From Sulfurimonas crateris (GTDB lineage: Bacteria > Campylobacterota > Campylobacteria > Campylobacterales > Sulfurimonadaceae), in the NCBI GenBank assembly GCA_945870785.1, contig CAMBTK010000002.1, forward strand, positions 10,042 through 74,041: 64,000 nt of DNA, read 5' to 3'. The notes below the pieces were generated by a model that did not search any database, was not told the DNA's origin, and saw nothing but the letters and a program-made list of their open reading frames with translations. This document shows positions 1 through 10,500 of the stretch, one piece after another. Made by a program: the position numbers and the translations under genes. Numbering within the stretch: the first letter of the stretch is position 1; each line of letters opens with the position of its first letter.

Positions 1-1110
1 ACTCCCGCTATCGCATTTATAACTGAAAATATGCGCTGTGATGCTGGGATAATGATAAGTGCATCTCATAACTCTTTTGAGGATAATGGGATTAAATTTT
101 TTGATGGGCGTGGAGATAAACTCTCACATAGTGTTGAAGAAGAGATTGAGAAGATATATCTTGATAAAGATATGATTTTGGAGGCTCAAACTCAAGGTAA
201 ATATATAGGTAAAGCAAAAAGAATTGATGATGTTGTTGGACGCTATATAGTTCAGCTAAAAAACTCATTTCCAAGAGATTTGTCTCTTAGAGGTATGCGC
301 ATAGTGTTAGATGCGGCAAATGGTGCAGGTTATATAGTTGGGCCAACAGTTTTGGAAGAACTCGGTGCTGACGTTATTGTTTTACACAATAAGCCCGATG
401 GTTTTAATATAAATGATGGCTGTGGGGCGCTTCATACAAAAGATGTTTGTGATAGTGTTGTAAAGTATAGAGCAGATTTAGGTATCGCTCTTGATGGAGA
501 TGCCGATAGAGTTGTTATAGTAGATGAGAATGGTGTTGTAGTAGACGGAGACCAGCTTCTTGGTGCTCTTGGCTCTTTTATGAGTGAGAGAGGGACACTA
601 AAAGGTGATGGAATTGTCTCAACTGTTATGAGCAACAGAGGATTGGATGATTTTATGTCTGAGAAGGGGTTAAAGCTTTTTCGCTCAGATGTTGGCGATA
701 AAAATGTTTTAGAGATGATGAAAAAAGAGGGAATCAACTTTGGCGGTGAGCAAAGCGGACATGTAATAATAAGTGATTATGCAAAAACAGGAGATGGTTT
801 AGTCTCTGCTTTACAAGTGTTGGCGCTATTGCTGAAGCGTGGGGAAAAAGCTTCAAAAGCGCTTCGCCCATTTGCACTATATCCTCAAAAACTTGTAAAT
901 ATAAAAGTCAAGGTAAAAAAAGCTCTAAATGAGATAGATGGACTTGAAAAAAAATTAAAAGAGCTCGATGAAAACGGAATTCATCATCTTGTTCGCTACT
1001 CAGGAACTGAAAATAAGTTAAGAGTTTTGCTTGAATGTAAAGATGCTAAAAAAATGAATCTATACATGGATGAAATGGTAGAGTTTTTTCAAAAAGCCCT
1101 AAATGCCTAA
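1..1110 (+). CDS. glmM: Phosphoglucosamine mutase (5' end outside the window)
   Basis: Frame is open from base 1 ([11 protein letters not shown]...). Motifs ISASHN, DGDADR and GGEQSGH. Upstream of lspA. Confidence 0.96.
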   Translation, partial: TPAIAFITENMRCDAGIMISASHNSFEDNGIKFFDGRGDKLSHSVEEEIEKIYLDKDMILEAQTQGKYIGKAKRIDDVVGRYIVQLKNSFPRDLSLRGMRIVLDAANGAGYIVGPTVLEELGADVIVLHNKPDGFNINDGCGALHTKDVCDSVVKYRADLGIALDGDADRVVIVDENGVVVDGDQLLGALGSFMSERGTLKGDGIVSTVMSNRGLDDFMSEKGLKLFRSDVGDKNVLEMMKKEGINFGGEQSGHVIISDYAKTGDGLVSALQVLALLLKRGEKASKALRPFALYPQKLVNIKVKVKKALNEIDGLEKKLKELDENGIHHLVRYSGTENKLRVLLECKDAKKMNLYMDEMVEFFQKALNA

Positions 1111-1564
1111 TAAAACACTTCGCAATATAACAATACTAATACTTACGATAGTGGGTATTTTTATAATTGATCAAAATATAAAGTCACTTTTTGTGGATGG
1201 CTATAGATATTATAGTGATTGCATAGATTTGATATTGGTCTACAACAAAGGTGTTGCTTTTTCAATGTTTGCCTTTTTGGAAGAGTCACTAAAATATATT
1301 CAGCTTGTTTTGGTTTTTGGAGTTTTTGGCTACATACTCTTTTTAAATAATTCATGTTATGCCTTTGCGGCTGGATTGATGCTTGGCGGAGCATTTTCAA
1401 ATATATATGACAGATTTATTCATGGCGGGGTTGTGGATATGGTTTACTGGCACTGCGGATTTGATTTTGCTGTGTTTAATTTTGCTGATGTGATGATAGA
1501 TGTGGCTGTTGCATGGATTCTTCTGCTTAATTTTAAGCCTAAGATTTGTAAAAGCCAGACCTAA
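1103..1564 (+). CDS. lspA: Lipoprotein signal peptidase II
   Basis: [17 protein letters not shown] and VFNFADV motifs; hydrophobic. Confidence 0.96.
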   Translation: MPNKTLRNITILILTIVGIFIIDQNIKSLFVDGYRYYSDCIDLILVYNKGVAFSMFAFLEESLKYIQLVLVFGVFGYILFLNNSCYAFAAGLMLGGAFSNIYDRFIHGGVVDMVYWHCGFDFAVFNFADVMIDVAVAWILLLNFKPKICKSQT

Positions 1565-1672
1565 AGATAGATAAAAGCAGATTTAAGGTAATATTGCCAA
1601 AATTGTAATGAAATTTAAGGTTAGATTTTGATGTCTAGAGCTTAAAATTTTTAGTGCCATATAGGCTAGTGT

Positions 1673-1701
1673 GGCTAAAGAGAGCTATCTTTTTGGCTTT
1701 T
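1673..1701 (+). terminator. Hairpin plus T-run between lspA and tig
   Basis: GCTAAAGAGA-GCTA-TCTTTTTGGC pairs with G-U and is followed by TTTT. Confidence 0.4.
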
Positions 1702-1735
1702 AGTAAAATAATAAAATCAAATAAAAAGGAAATTG

Positions 1736-3037
1736 ATGAAAATCAAAACAAACAAAACTAATAGTGCAAATGCTCAAATCGAAGCAGAAATCCCAAGAAC
1801 AATAATAGACGCAAATATAGAAAAAATTGCTAAAAATTTAACAAAAACTGCTTCTGTTCAAGGCTTTCGCAAGGGTAAAGTTCCTGTAGCTGTTGTAAAA
1901 AAACAGTATGGTGAGCGTTTAATTCAAGATGCAGAAGCTGAAGCGCTTCGTGAAGTTTTAAATAAGGGACTTGATGAGTTAAAAGTAGCAATGAGCTCAT
2001 TAATCGGGGAGCCAAATATCACAAGATTTGATAAAAGCGATGATAAAATTGAAGTAACTGTTAAAGTTGCTATGAGACCAGAAATCAATCTTGATAACTA
2101 TGCTGACATGGTTACTCCGTTTGAGAAGCCTGTTATAAGTGATAAAGAAGTTGAGACAAGATTAGAAAAACTAGCTGATTCACAAGGTAAATTTGTTGAT
2201 TTAAAGAACAAAAGAGCAGCACAAAATGGCGATAGCGCAATAATCGACTTTGAAGGTTCAATTGATGGAGAACTTTTTGAGGGTGGTGCTGCAAAAGAGT
2301 TCGCATTAGTTCTTGGATCTAATCAATTTATTCCTGGTTTTGAAGAGCAAGTTGCTGGCATGAAAATTGGCGAAGAAAAAGTTATAAAAGTAACATTCCC
2401 AGAAAATTATGGTTCTGATAAATTAGCAGGAAAAGATTCTGAGTTTAAAGTAAAGCTTCATAACATTCAAGAGAAAGTAAAAGTAGAAATTGATGAAGCT
2501 TTTGCTGCAAAAATGCTTGCTGGTCAAGATGATAAGAGTTTAGAAAATTTAAGAACTCAACTTAAAATTCAACTAGAAAATGAAGCGCTTGCTAAACTTT
2601 ACAATGAAGATTTAAAACCTGCACTTTTAGAGATGTTTGTTACAAAAATCAACTTTGACTTGCCAGAGTTTGTGGTTGAACAAGAGATAGATGTTTCACT
2701 AAATAAAAAAGCAAGCACAATGAGCGAAGATGAGATTAAAGAACTTCGTGAAAATGCTGATAAACTTCAAGAACTTCGTGAAACATTCCGTGATGATGCT
2801 CAAAAAAGTGTAAAAGCTACATTTATCATAGATGCACTTGCAACTGCACAAAAAGTTAGAGTAGATGAAAATGAAGTAATGCAGACAATTTATTATGAAG
2901 CGATGCAAATGGGGCAAGACCCAAGATTAGCTTACGATAAGTATAAAAATGCTGGTTATTTACCTGCAATTCAGATGTCAATGGTTGAGGATAAGGTGCT
3001 TACGCAGATTCTTAACTCAAAGATAAAAGAGGCTTAA
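1736..3037 (+). CDS. tig: Trigger factor
   Basis: GFRKGKVP ribosome-binding motif and FKBP domain (FIPGFEEQ). ATG 1736 follows AAGGA. Confidence 0.97.
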   Translation: MKIKTNKTNSANAQIEAEIPRTIIDANIEKIAKNLTKTASVQGFRKGKVPVAVVKKQYGERLIQDAEAEALREVLNKGLDELKVAMSSLIGEPNITRFDKSDDKIEVTVKVAMRPEINLDNYADMVTPFEKPVISDKEVETRLEKLADSQGKFVDLKNKRAAQNGDSAIIDFEGSIDGELFEGGAAKEFALVLGSNQFIPGFEEQVAGMKIGEEKVIKVTFPENYGSDKLAGKDSEFKVKLHNIQEKVKVEIDEAFAAKMLAGQDDKSLENLRTQLKIQLENEALAKLYNEDLKPALLEMFVTKINFDLPEFVVEQEIDVSLNKKASTMSEDEIKELRENADKLQELRETFRDDAQKSVKATFIIDALATAQKVRVDENEVMQTIYYEAMQMGQDPRLAYDKYKNAGYLPAIQMSMVEDKVLTQILNSKIKEA

Positions 3038-3041
3038 TTAG

Positions 3042-3632
3042 ATGAGTTATATTCCTTATGTAGTTGAAAAAACGGCTCGTGGTGAGCGTTCTTATGATAT
3101 CTACTCTCGTCTTTTAAAAGATAGAATCATTATGCTAAGCGGAGAGGTAAACGACGCTGTTGCTTCATCAATAGTAGCACAAATGCTTTTTTTAGAGGCT
3201 GAAGACCCAGAAAAGGATATCTACTTCTACATAAACTCTCCAGGCGGTGTAGTTACTGCTGGGATGGCTATTTATGATACTATGAACTATATTCGTCCAG
3301 ATGTTGCTACGATATGTGTTGGTCAAGCTGCATCAATGGGAGCATTTTTACTCTCAAGTGGAGCTAAAGGGAAGCGTTACGCTCTTCCTCATGCTAGAAT
3401 TATGATTCATCAACCTCTTGGCGGTGCTCAAGGTCAAGCTACTGATATAGCAATACAAGCAAAAGAAATTCTTCGTATGAAAGAGGAATTAAATGCTATT
3501 TTGGCAAAAAACAGCGGGCAAAGTATCAAAAAAGTAGAAAAAGATACAGACAGAGACAACTTTATGAGTGCTGAGGAGTCAAAAGAGTATGGCATGATAG
3601 ATGAAGTTTTGCTAAAGAAGAGTAAAGAGTAG
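3042..3632 (+). CDS. clpP: Clp protease proteolytic subunit
   Basis: [27 protein letters not shown] and IMIHQP motifs. Confidence 0.98.
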   Translation: MSYIPYVVEKTARGERSYDIYSRLLKDRIIMLSGEVNDAVASSIVAQMLFLEAEDPEKDIYFYINSPGGVVTAGMAIYDTMNYIRPDVATICVGQAASMGAFLLSSGAKGKRYALPHARIMIHQPLGGAQGQATDIAIQAKEILRMKEELNAILAKNSGQSIKKVEKDTDRDNFMSAEESKEYGMIDEVLLKKSKE

Positions 3633-3653
3633 TCAACAAAAAAAGGAGTCGGT

Positions 3654-4703
3654 ATGTCAGGGACTTTAAGAGCTAAGTTACGTAGTGATAATGTAGCTAC
3701 AAAACCATCTGCGGCAGTTACAGATAAAGTTGTGAGTGCTGAACCAGAAGGTGAACTTGAAACATATTCAAAAGAAGTTTTAAGAACTCTTTTAAAAGAC
3801 GGACTGCCACCTACTCCAAATAATTTTGCACTATATTTTGACAGACTCCTAGAAGATAAAAGTCAAAATATGCGCTCTCATATCGTTTCTATTTTAGAAC
3901 TTGAAGAGAACAATGACGCAGAGAGCTCTATCATGATTGAGCAGAGCTTAAAGCAAGGCTTCTCTTATATCAAAAATATTCTTAGTATCACTGCTAACTT
4001 ATATAAAAACATGGCTCTTATGACTAAGATACTTGAAAAAAGAAAACAAGAGTTAGAAGAAGATTCGGATAAACAAGAAGCTAAAAGTATAGCAGCCTCT
4101 CTTGGTTCAGATATAGTGAAATTAAATGAGATACTAAAAAAACAGAGCGGCAGTATTAAAACAATGTATGACGATACTGCAAAAATTATAAAAAATGTTG
4201 AAAACGAGACTATCTTTGACAATCAATATGGCGTTTATAATAAGCGCTACTTAATGAGTAAAATTGAGCAAGAGATAGGTTTAATAAGAAAATTTAAACA
4301 TAAAAGCTCACTTATTATGATTGAACTCGCTCGTGATTTAAAAGCAAGTGTCGCAAATGATAAAGCTATAGCGCTTATGATAAAAACAGTAGCTAGACTT
4401 CTTCTTAAGACTTCAAGACGAAGTGATATAGTTACACATTACGGTAATGGCGTATTTGTTATGCTTTTAAAACACACTGACATAGAGAGCGCAAAAAAGG
4501 CAAGTGAGAGACTATGTGAACTTGTATCAAATAGTAATTTCTTTTTAGCAGATTTAGAAATCCAACTTAAAATTTCTATAGGTATCACAGATGTAACAGA
4601 AAATAGCTCAGTAGAAGAGATAATTGTTAGCTCTATGGATGCAGTAGAAAAAGCGTATGAAAATCCTAAATTAGATTATGCAGTTTTATTGAGAAATAAA
4701 TAA
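3654..4703 (+). CDS. Degenerate GGDEF-domain protein with helical N-terminus
   Basis: D..YGVYNKR entry motif, RRSDIV and SIG. Active-site loop reads YGNGVF instead of GGDEF. Confidence 0.8.
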   Translation: MSGTLRAKLRSDNVATKPSAAVTDKVVSAEPEGELETYSKEVLRTLLKDGLPPTPNNFALYFDRLLEDKSQNMRSHIVSILELEENNDAESSIMIEQSLKQGFSYIKNILSITANLYKNMALMTKILEKRKQELEEDSDKQEAKSIAASLGSDIVKLNEILKKQSGSIKTMYDDTAKIIKNVENETIFDNQYGVYNKRYLMSKIEQEIGLIRKFKHKSSLIMIELARDLKASVANDKAIALMIKTVARLLLKTSRRSDIVTHYGNGVFVMLLKHTDIESAKKASERLCELVSNSNFFLADLEIQLKISIGITDVTENSSVEEIIVSSMDAVEKAYENPKLDYAVLLRNK

Positions 4704-4719
4704 GAGAATTTTAGTAAAA

Positions 4720-5247
4720 ATGAAATTAACAATAGTAGAATATCCAGATAAGAGATTAAAAGAAAAATCAAAAGTTGTAGAGAAGTTTGATAAAGAGCTG
4801 CATGGGCTTCTTGATGCTATGTATCAATCGATGATAGAGTCAAAAGGGATAGGTTTGGCTGCAATTCAAGTTGGACATGCAAAGCGGGTTTTACTTTTAA
4901 ATATTCCAGATGATAATGATGAGCAGTCACGTGACTCCCTTATAGAGATGATAAATCCTTTAATAACCATGAAAGAGGGAGATACTGTATATCAAGAGGG
5001 CTGTTTGAGTGTGCCTAGTTTTTATGAAGATATAAATAGATTTGAGAGAGTTTGTGTTAACTATCAAGATAGAGAAGGAAACACAAAAACAATTGAAGCA
5101 GAGGGCTTGCTAAGTATCGCAATTCAGCATGAGATAGACCACCTTGAGGGAGTTTTATTTATAGATAAACTCTCATACTCCCGCAGAAAAAAGTTTGAAA
5201 AAGAGTACAAAAGAGCTCAAAAAGAGAAAAAACTCTCAAAAAATTAA
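4720..5247 (+). CDS. def: Peptide deformylase
   Basis: GIGLAAIQ, EGCLS and QHEIDHL motifs. Confidence 0.98.
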   Translation: MKLTIVEYPDKRLKEKSKVVEKFDKELHGLLDAMYQSMIESKGIGLAAIQVGHAKRVLLLNIPDDNDEQSRDSLIEMINPLITMKEGDTVYQEGCLSVPSFYEDINRFERVCVNYQDREGNTKTIEAEGLLSIAIQHEIDHLEGVLFIDKLSYSRRKKFEKEYKRAQKEKKLSKN

Positions 5248-5254
5248 CTTTATT

Positions 5255-5304
5255 TATGACAATTTGTCATACTTTATCACAACTAAAAATTTAAATAGTA
5301 CAAT
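5255..5304 (+). promoter_or_regulatory. Palindromic box TATGACAATTTGTCATA and -10 hexamer TACAAT upstream of comM
   Basis: Perfect 8-1-8 inverted repeat at 5255-5271; TACAAT at 5299-5304; near copy upstream of recA. Confidence 0.6.
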
Positions 5305-5331
5305 AGTATCAACTTAATATAGGTTGATACT

Positions 5332-6843
5332 ATGAAAATGGTTGCATGTGCCACATACGAGGGCATCGAAGCTAAGGTTGTTTATGTTGAATCCACACTT
5401 ACAAAAGGATTGCCATCTTTTAGTGTTGTCGGGATGGCGAGTGCGTCAATAAATGAAGCAAAAGAGCGTGTAAAATCTGCACTACTTAGTAATGAGTTTA
5501 CATTTCCTCCAAAACGTATAACTATAAATCTGGCTCCGAGTGATGTGAAAAAAGAGGGAAGCCAGTTTGATCTTAGCATGGCGCTATTAATCGCACTTGA
5601 TTGTATTGAGGATGATTTAAGTGAGTGGTTTGTTTTTGGAGAACTTGGGCTTGATGGTGTTGTAAAAGAGAATCTTCAGCTATACCCGCTTTTGCTCTCA
5701 TTGGCAAATCAAAAGGTTATTAAAAAAGCGATAGTTCCATATGCTAGTTTAACGAAGCTCTCAAATATACCAAATATAGATTTTTATGGTGTGAAGAGTC
5801 TAAATGAGGCTATAGAACTTCTAAAAAATAGTGCTAACGCTATGCCAAACATTATATATAAAAAAATAGAGTATCCAAGCGTAAGCGTGGATGATGAACT
5901 ATACTATTTTGATGAAGAGTATGTTGAAGACTTTTTAGATGTAAAAGGACAAGAAGTGGCAAAGAGAGCAGCACTTATAAGTGCTGCTGGATTTCATAAT
6001 ATACTCTTGGAGGGAAGCCCTGGGTGTGGAAAAAGCATGATAGCTGGGAGGCTTAGATATATACTGCCTCCTCTTAGCAGTGATGAGGTTTTAGAACTTG
6101 CAAAGCTAGATGCGCTTGAGGCTAAAGAACCGCTTTTTAGACCTCTTAGAAGCTTTCGAGCCCCTCATCACTCGTCTACCACGGCTAGTGTATTTGGCGG
6201 AGGTAGTTACACGGCAAAAATTGGAGAAGTTGGATTGGCACATCGTGGGATTTTGTTTTTTGATGAGTTGCCACACTTCTCCAAGAGTGTTTTAGAAGCA
6301 TTGCGTGAACCGCTGCAAGATAATAAGATACGAATTTCAAGAGTAAATACTAAGATAGAGTATCCAAGTGATTTTTTATTTGTAAGTGCGATGAACCCAT
6401 GCCCGTGCGGAAATTTACTTCATAGAGACAAAGAGTGTCGTTGTAATGAACTTGAGATTCAAAGATACAAAAATAGACTCTCAGAACCATTTTTAGACAG
6501 GATAGATCTCTGTGTTGTTATGCAACATGTCTCTTTAGAGGATAAAGCAACGATAAGTTCAAAAGAGATGCACCAAAGAGTTATCGAGGTTCATAAAATA
6601 GTGAAATCAAGAGGACAAAGAACATTTAATGCAAAGTTAAATGATGCAGAGGTTGATAAATATTGTACGCTAGATGAGGAGGCGGAGGCTGTTTTGCAAA
6701 GAGCAATAATGCAGTTTTCTCTCTCTTTTAGAGCAATAAAAAAAGTTCAAAGAGTATCTAGAACTATTGCTGATTTAGATGATAGTGTTATGATTGAGAA
6801 GAGGCATATTTTAGAGGCTTTGAGCTACAGAAGAAGAGGCTAG
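5332..6843 (+). CDS. comM: YifB/ComM Mg-chelatase-like AAA+ ATPase
   Basis: NLAPSDVKKEG, GSPGCGKS, FRAPHHS, LFFDEL and NPCPCG motifs. Confidence 0.93.
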   Translation: MKMVACATYEGIEAKVVYVESTLTKGLPSFSVVGMASASINEAKERVKSALLSNEFTFPPKRITINLAPSDVKKEGSQFDLSMALLIALDCIEDDLSEWFVFGELGLDGVVKENLQLYPLLLSLANQKVIKKAIVPYASLTKLSNIPNIDFYGVKSLNEAIELLKNSANAMPNIIYKKIEYPSVSVDDELYYFDEEYVEDFLDVKGQEVAKRAALISAAGFHNILLEGSPGCGKSMIAGRLRYILPPLSSDEVLELAKLDALEAKEPLFRPLRSFRAPHHSSTTASVFGGGSYTAKIGEVGLAHRGILFFDELPHFSKSVLEALREPLQDNKIRISRVNTKIEYPSDFLFVSAMNPCPCGNLLHRDKECRCNELEIQRYKNRLSEPFLDRIDLCVVMQHVSLEDKATISSKEMHQRVIEVHKIVKSRGQRTFNAKLNDAEVDKYCTLDEEAEAVLQRAIMQFSLSFRAIKKVQRVSRTIADLDDSVMIEKRHILEALSYRRRG

Positions 6844-6859
6844 GAGCAATCTCCCAGCC
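6838..6859 (-). terminator. Hairpin between convergent comM and yceI
   Basis: Minus strand GGCTGGGAG-ATTG-CTCCTAGCC pairs fully with one G-U. Confidence 0.5.
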
Positions 6860-6872
6860 AAGAGGATGAGAG

Positions 6873-7451
6873 TTAAAACTCATCATCACCTTTTAAGATA
6901 CCTTGCACTTCTACATTTAGTTTGATAATTTCACTTACAACAACGCCACCAGCTTCAAGAGCTTGATTCCATGTGATGTTATAATCTCTTCTATCGATTT
7001 TACCACTTAAGCTAAGTCCAGCTCTTTGTTTTCCCCACGGATCTGTTACTGTACCGCCAAACTCATAATCAAGAACTACATCTTTTGTGATGCCTTTGAT
7101 AGTTAGTTTTCCATAAGCTTTGTCGCCTTTTACTTTATCAAGAACAAATGTGACTTTTGGAAACTGTTTTGCATCAAAAATCTCATCAGATTTTAGGTGA
7201 GCATCTCTTTTTGCGATATTTGTATTTATAGATTCAACTTCCATCTCTCCGCTTAGAGCGATAAGTTTGTTTTTATCATCCAGTTCAAAATTTCCGTCAA
7301 ATTTTTCAAACTCTCCATTTACTGTACTTATCATCATATGCTTTACTGCAAAAGTAACATTTGTATGAGAAGGGTCAACTTTATATACTCCACCAAATAG
7401 TGAACTTACACCTACAACTAGCACAACAGCAAGAAATTGCAATTTTTTCAT
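6873..7451 (-). CDS. YceI family polyisoprenoid-binding periplasmic protein
   Basis: Signal peptide; HTNVTFAVKHM, RDAHLKS and DPWG motifs. Confidence 0.93.
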   Translation of the reverse strand: MKKLQFLAVVLVVGVSSLFGGVYKVDPSHTNVTFAVKHMMISTVNGEFEKFDGNFELDDKNKLIALSGEMEVESINTNIAKRDAHLKSDEIFDAKQFPKVTFVLDKVKGDKAYGKLTIKGITKDVVLDYEFGGTVTDPWGKQRAGLSLSGKIDRRDYNITWNQALEAGGVVVSEIIKLNVEVQGILKGDDEF

Positions 7452-7554
7452 CTTTTTATCCTTTAGATTATTTGGTACATTATAGTATTAAGTAGTGATA
7501 AAAAAGCGTTAACTTTGTCAACTAGTGACAAAGTTTAAGGAGTATTACAAAAAG

Positions 7555-10500
7555 CTATACGTTGTAGTAAGTTGCATTTGGATGATAAACCACAAGTGCG
7601 GAGGTTGATTGCTCTGGGTGGATTTGAAATGTCTCACTTAACTCAATCCCAAACTCTTCAGGTTTTAAGAGGTTAAAGAGTGGACGGTTAAGCTCTAAAT
7701 CTGGACAAGCTGCGTAACCAAACGAGTATCTTGAGCCTTGATATCTGTTCATCTGAACATCGCTAAGTTTGCTCCCCTCTCCATCAGAGATATTTAAGTC
7801 CAGTCTTATCTGTTTATGTACTATCTCTGCCAAGGCTTCGGCTAGTTCAACTCCAAGACCGTGAAATTGATAGTACTCTGTGTATTCGCCTCTGTCGTAA
7901 ATCTCTCTCTCTGCATCGCTTAGTTTTGCCCCAGCGCTTACACATGTAAAGGCGACCACATCATCTCTGTCGCTATGGAAGAAATCGCTCAAAGCTCTGT
8001 GAGGTTGGCGTGATTGACGTGGGAATGTAAACTTCTCTATCGCTTCATCTCTAACACTATTAAGAGTTTGACGATTTATCTCATCTCGTGAGTTGTAACC
8101 TCTGTTCTCATCAAAAATAAGCAGAGTGTTGTCATCGCTTCTGCAAGGCCAATATCCATATATAATAGTAGGTTCAAAGAGTTTTTCCTCAATAAAACGC
8201 TTTTTTAACTTCTCATAGGCTGGCCAGACTATATCATTTAGCTGTTTTTCATAAGCTTCATCACTTAGTCCTTTTGAGCTGTATCCCCAACGTGATTTAA
8301 AAAGCAGTTTATGGTTTATCCACTCAAATGCCATCTCTATCTGTTGAGGTGTAAGTTTAAGCTCACGTCTGCCCCAAAATGGCGGAGTAGGCACTTCAAC
8401 ATCTCGAGAAGGCATCTTAAGCTCATCAAATGGAGGGATGATAACTTCTTCTTTTATCTTTATAATTTTTTCTTGCTCATCTTTTGGATGAAGATTTGTA
8501 TCAAAGTTTCCAGCTTCGATACGGCTCATAGCGGTTACGCCATCAAATGCATCTTTGCAGTAAAAGATAGGGCCATCATAAATAGGACGGCAAAAATCAT
8601 CTATAAAGGAGCGAGTTAGTGCAGCTCCACCAAGCAAGACAGGTATTTTAATCCCCTCGTTTTGTAGCGTTTGGAGGTTTTCTTTCATAACTTGAGTCGA
8701 TTTAACAAGCAGTCCGCTCATTCCAAGAGCTGTGGCATTTGACTCTTTTATGCTCTGTATAAATTCGCCAATATCTACTTTTATACCAAGATTTTTAACT
8801 TTAAAGCCGTTGTTTGAGAGGATAATGTCTACAAGATTTTTGCCAACGTCATGCACATCGCCTTTTACTGTTCCAAGCGCTAAAGTGGTATCTACACTTT
8901 TATCAATTTTTGGCAAGTATGGGTTTAGATAGTCAACTGTTTTTTTCATAGTTTCCGCACTTTGCAGAACAAAAGGGAGTTGCATCTGTCCAGAGCCAAA
9001 GAGTTCGCCTACAACTTTCATAGCATCAATTAGTATCTCATTTACGATTTTCTCAGGAGCTATCTTATGACGTGCCTCTTCAACAAGTGGAATCATTCTA
9101 TCTTTGTCACCGTCCATTAGCAGTTTTGCGATTTTTTCTTCATCACTCATGGCTAAATATGCTTCATCCACTGCGTTGTTATCAACTGCTTCTTTTGTGC
9201 TAAAGTGGTCTATAAACTCAAAAAGTGCTGCCGCATTTGGTTTGCGGTTAAAGATGAGGTTATCACAAATCTCTTGATCTTCTTTGCTTATCTTGTTTAT
9301 AGGAATAATGTGTGCAACATTGATGATAACACTTGTTAACCCAGCTTCCATACAGTGGTGTAAAAACATGGAGTTTAGATATGGTCTTGCATCTTTATCA
9401 AGCCCAAAAGAGATGTTTGAGAGCCCAAGAGTAGCGCCTACTTCTGGGTGTCTGCGTCTTAACTCTCTTATGGCTTCAATCGTGTTTATACCAGCATCAA
9501 GATACTCTTCATCGCCACTTCCAAGAGTAAATGTGAGAAGGTCAAAGACTAGATTTTCAGCTCTTATGCCATGCTTGTTTACTGCCAAATCATAGATGCG
9601 CTCCGCAACTTCAAGCTTTCTCTCAACGCTCTTTGCCATTCCTATCTCATCAATAGTTAGACAAACAAGAGCAGCACCAAATTTTTTAGCAAGTGAGCAG
9701 ATTACATCAAACTTCTCTATCCCATCTTCAAGATTTACGGAGTTTATAATCGGTTTGCCACCAATTAGCTTTAGTGCCTCTTCAAGGGCTACTGTCTGCG
9801 TTGAGTCTGGCATAAGAGGAAGCGCTATCTTTTGAGCGTAAAGACTCATTACTCTGTTCATATCTTTTGTCTCATCACGCCCAGCAAAGCCAACGCTTAC
9901 ATCAAGCACATGCGCTCCTGCTCTTACTTGTTGTTGTGCCACGCTTAGAGTTCCCTCATAATCCTCTGCTAAGAGAAGCTCACGAAACGCTTTTGAACCT
10001 GTTGCATTTGAGCGCTCTCCGATAAGCAGAGCTGAAGACTCTTGCATAAGCGGAACTGTGGAAAAGAGAGATGCCAGAGAGTTTTCATGTTTTCCGCTTG
10101 GTGCTTTTGGAGCTATATCACTAACAAGATTTACCAACGCTCTTATGTGTTGAGGTGTTGTTCCACAGCATCCGCCTAAAAAGCTAACACCATCAAACTC
10201 TAAAAAGCTCTGCTGTTTTGCGGCAAACTCATCTGGTCCCATTGGATAGTAGGTATATCCTCCACGGTTTTGAGGAAGTCCAGCGTTTGCGTGAACACTG
10301 ATTGGTTTATGCCAAATCTCACTTAGTGTTTTAACATGTTTTAGGACTTGTTCAGGGCCTGTTCCGCAGTTAAATCCTAGACTCAAGATATCAAATGGCT
10401 CAAGGATGGTTGCTATCGTTTGCGCATCTGTTCCGATAAGCATAGTTCCGCTAAGTTCGATAGTAACTGAAACCATGATAGGAATCTCTACGCCTCTTTG

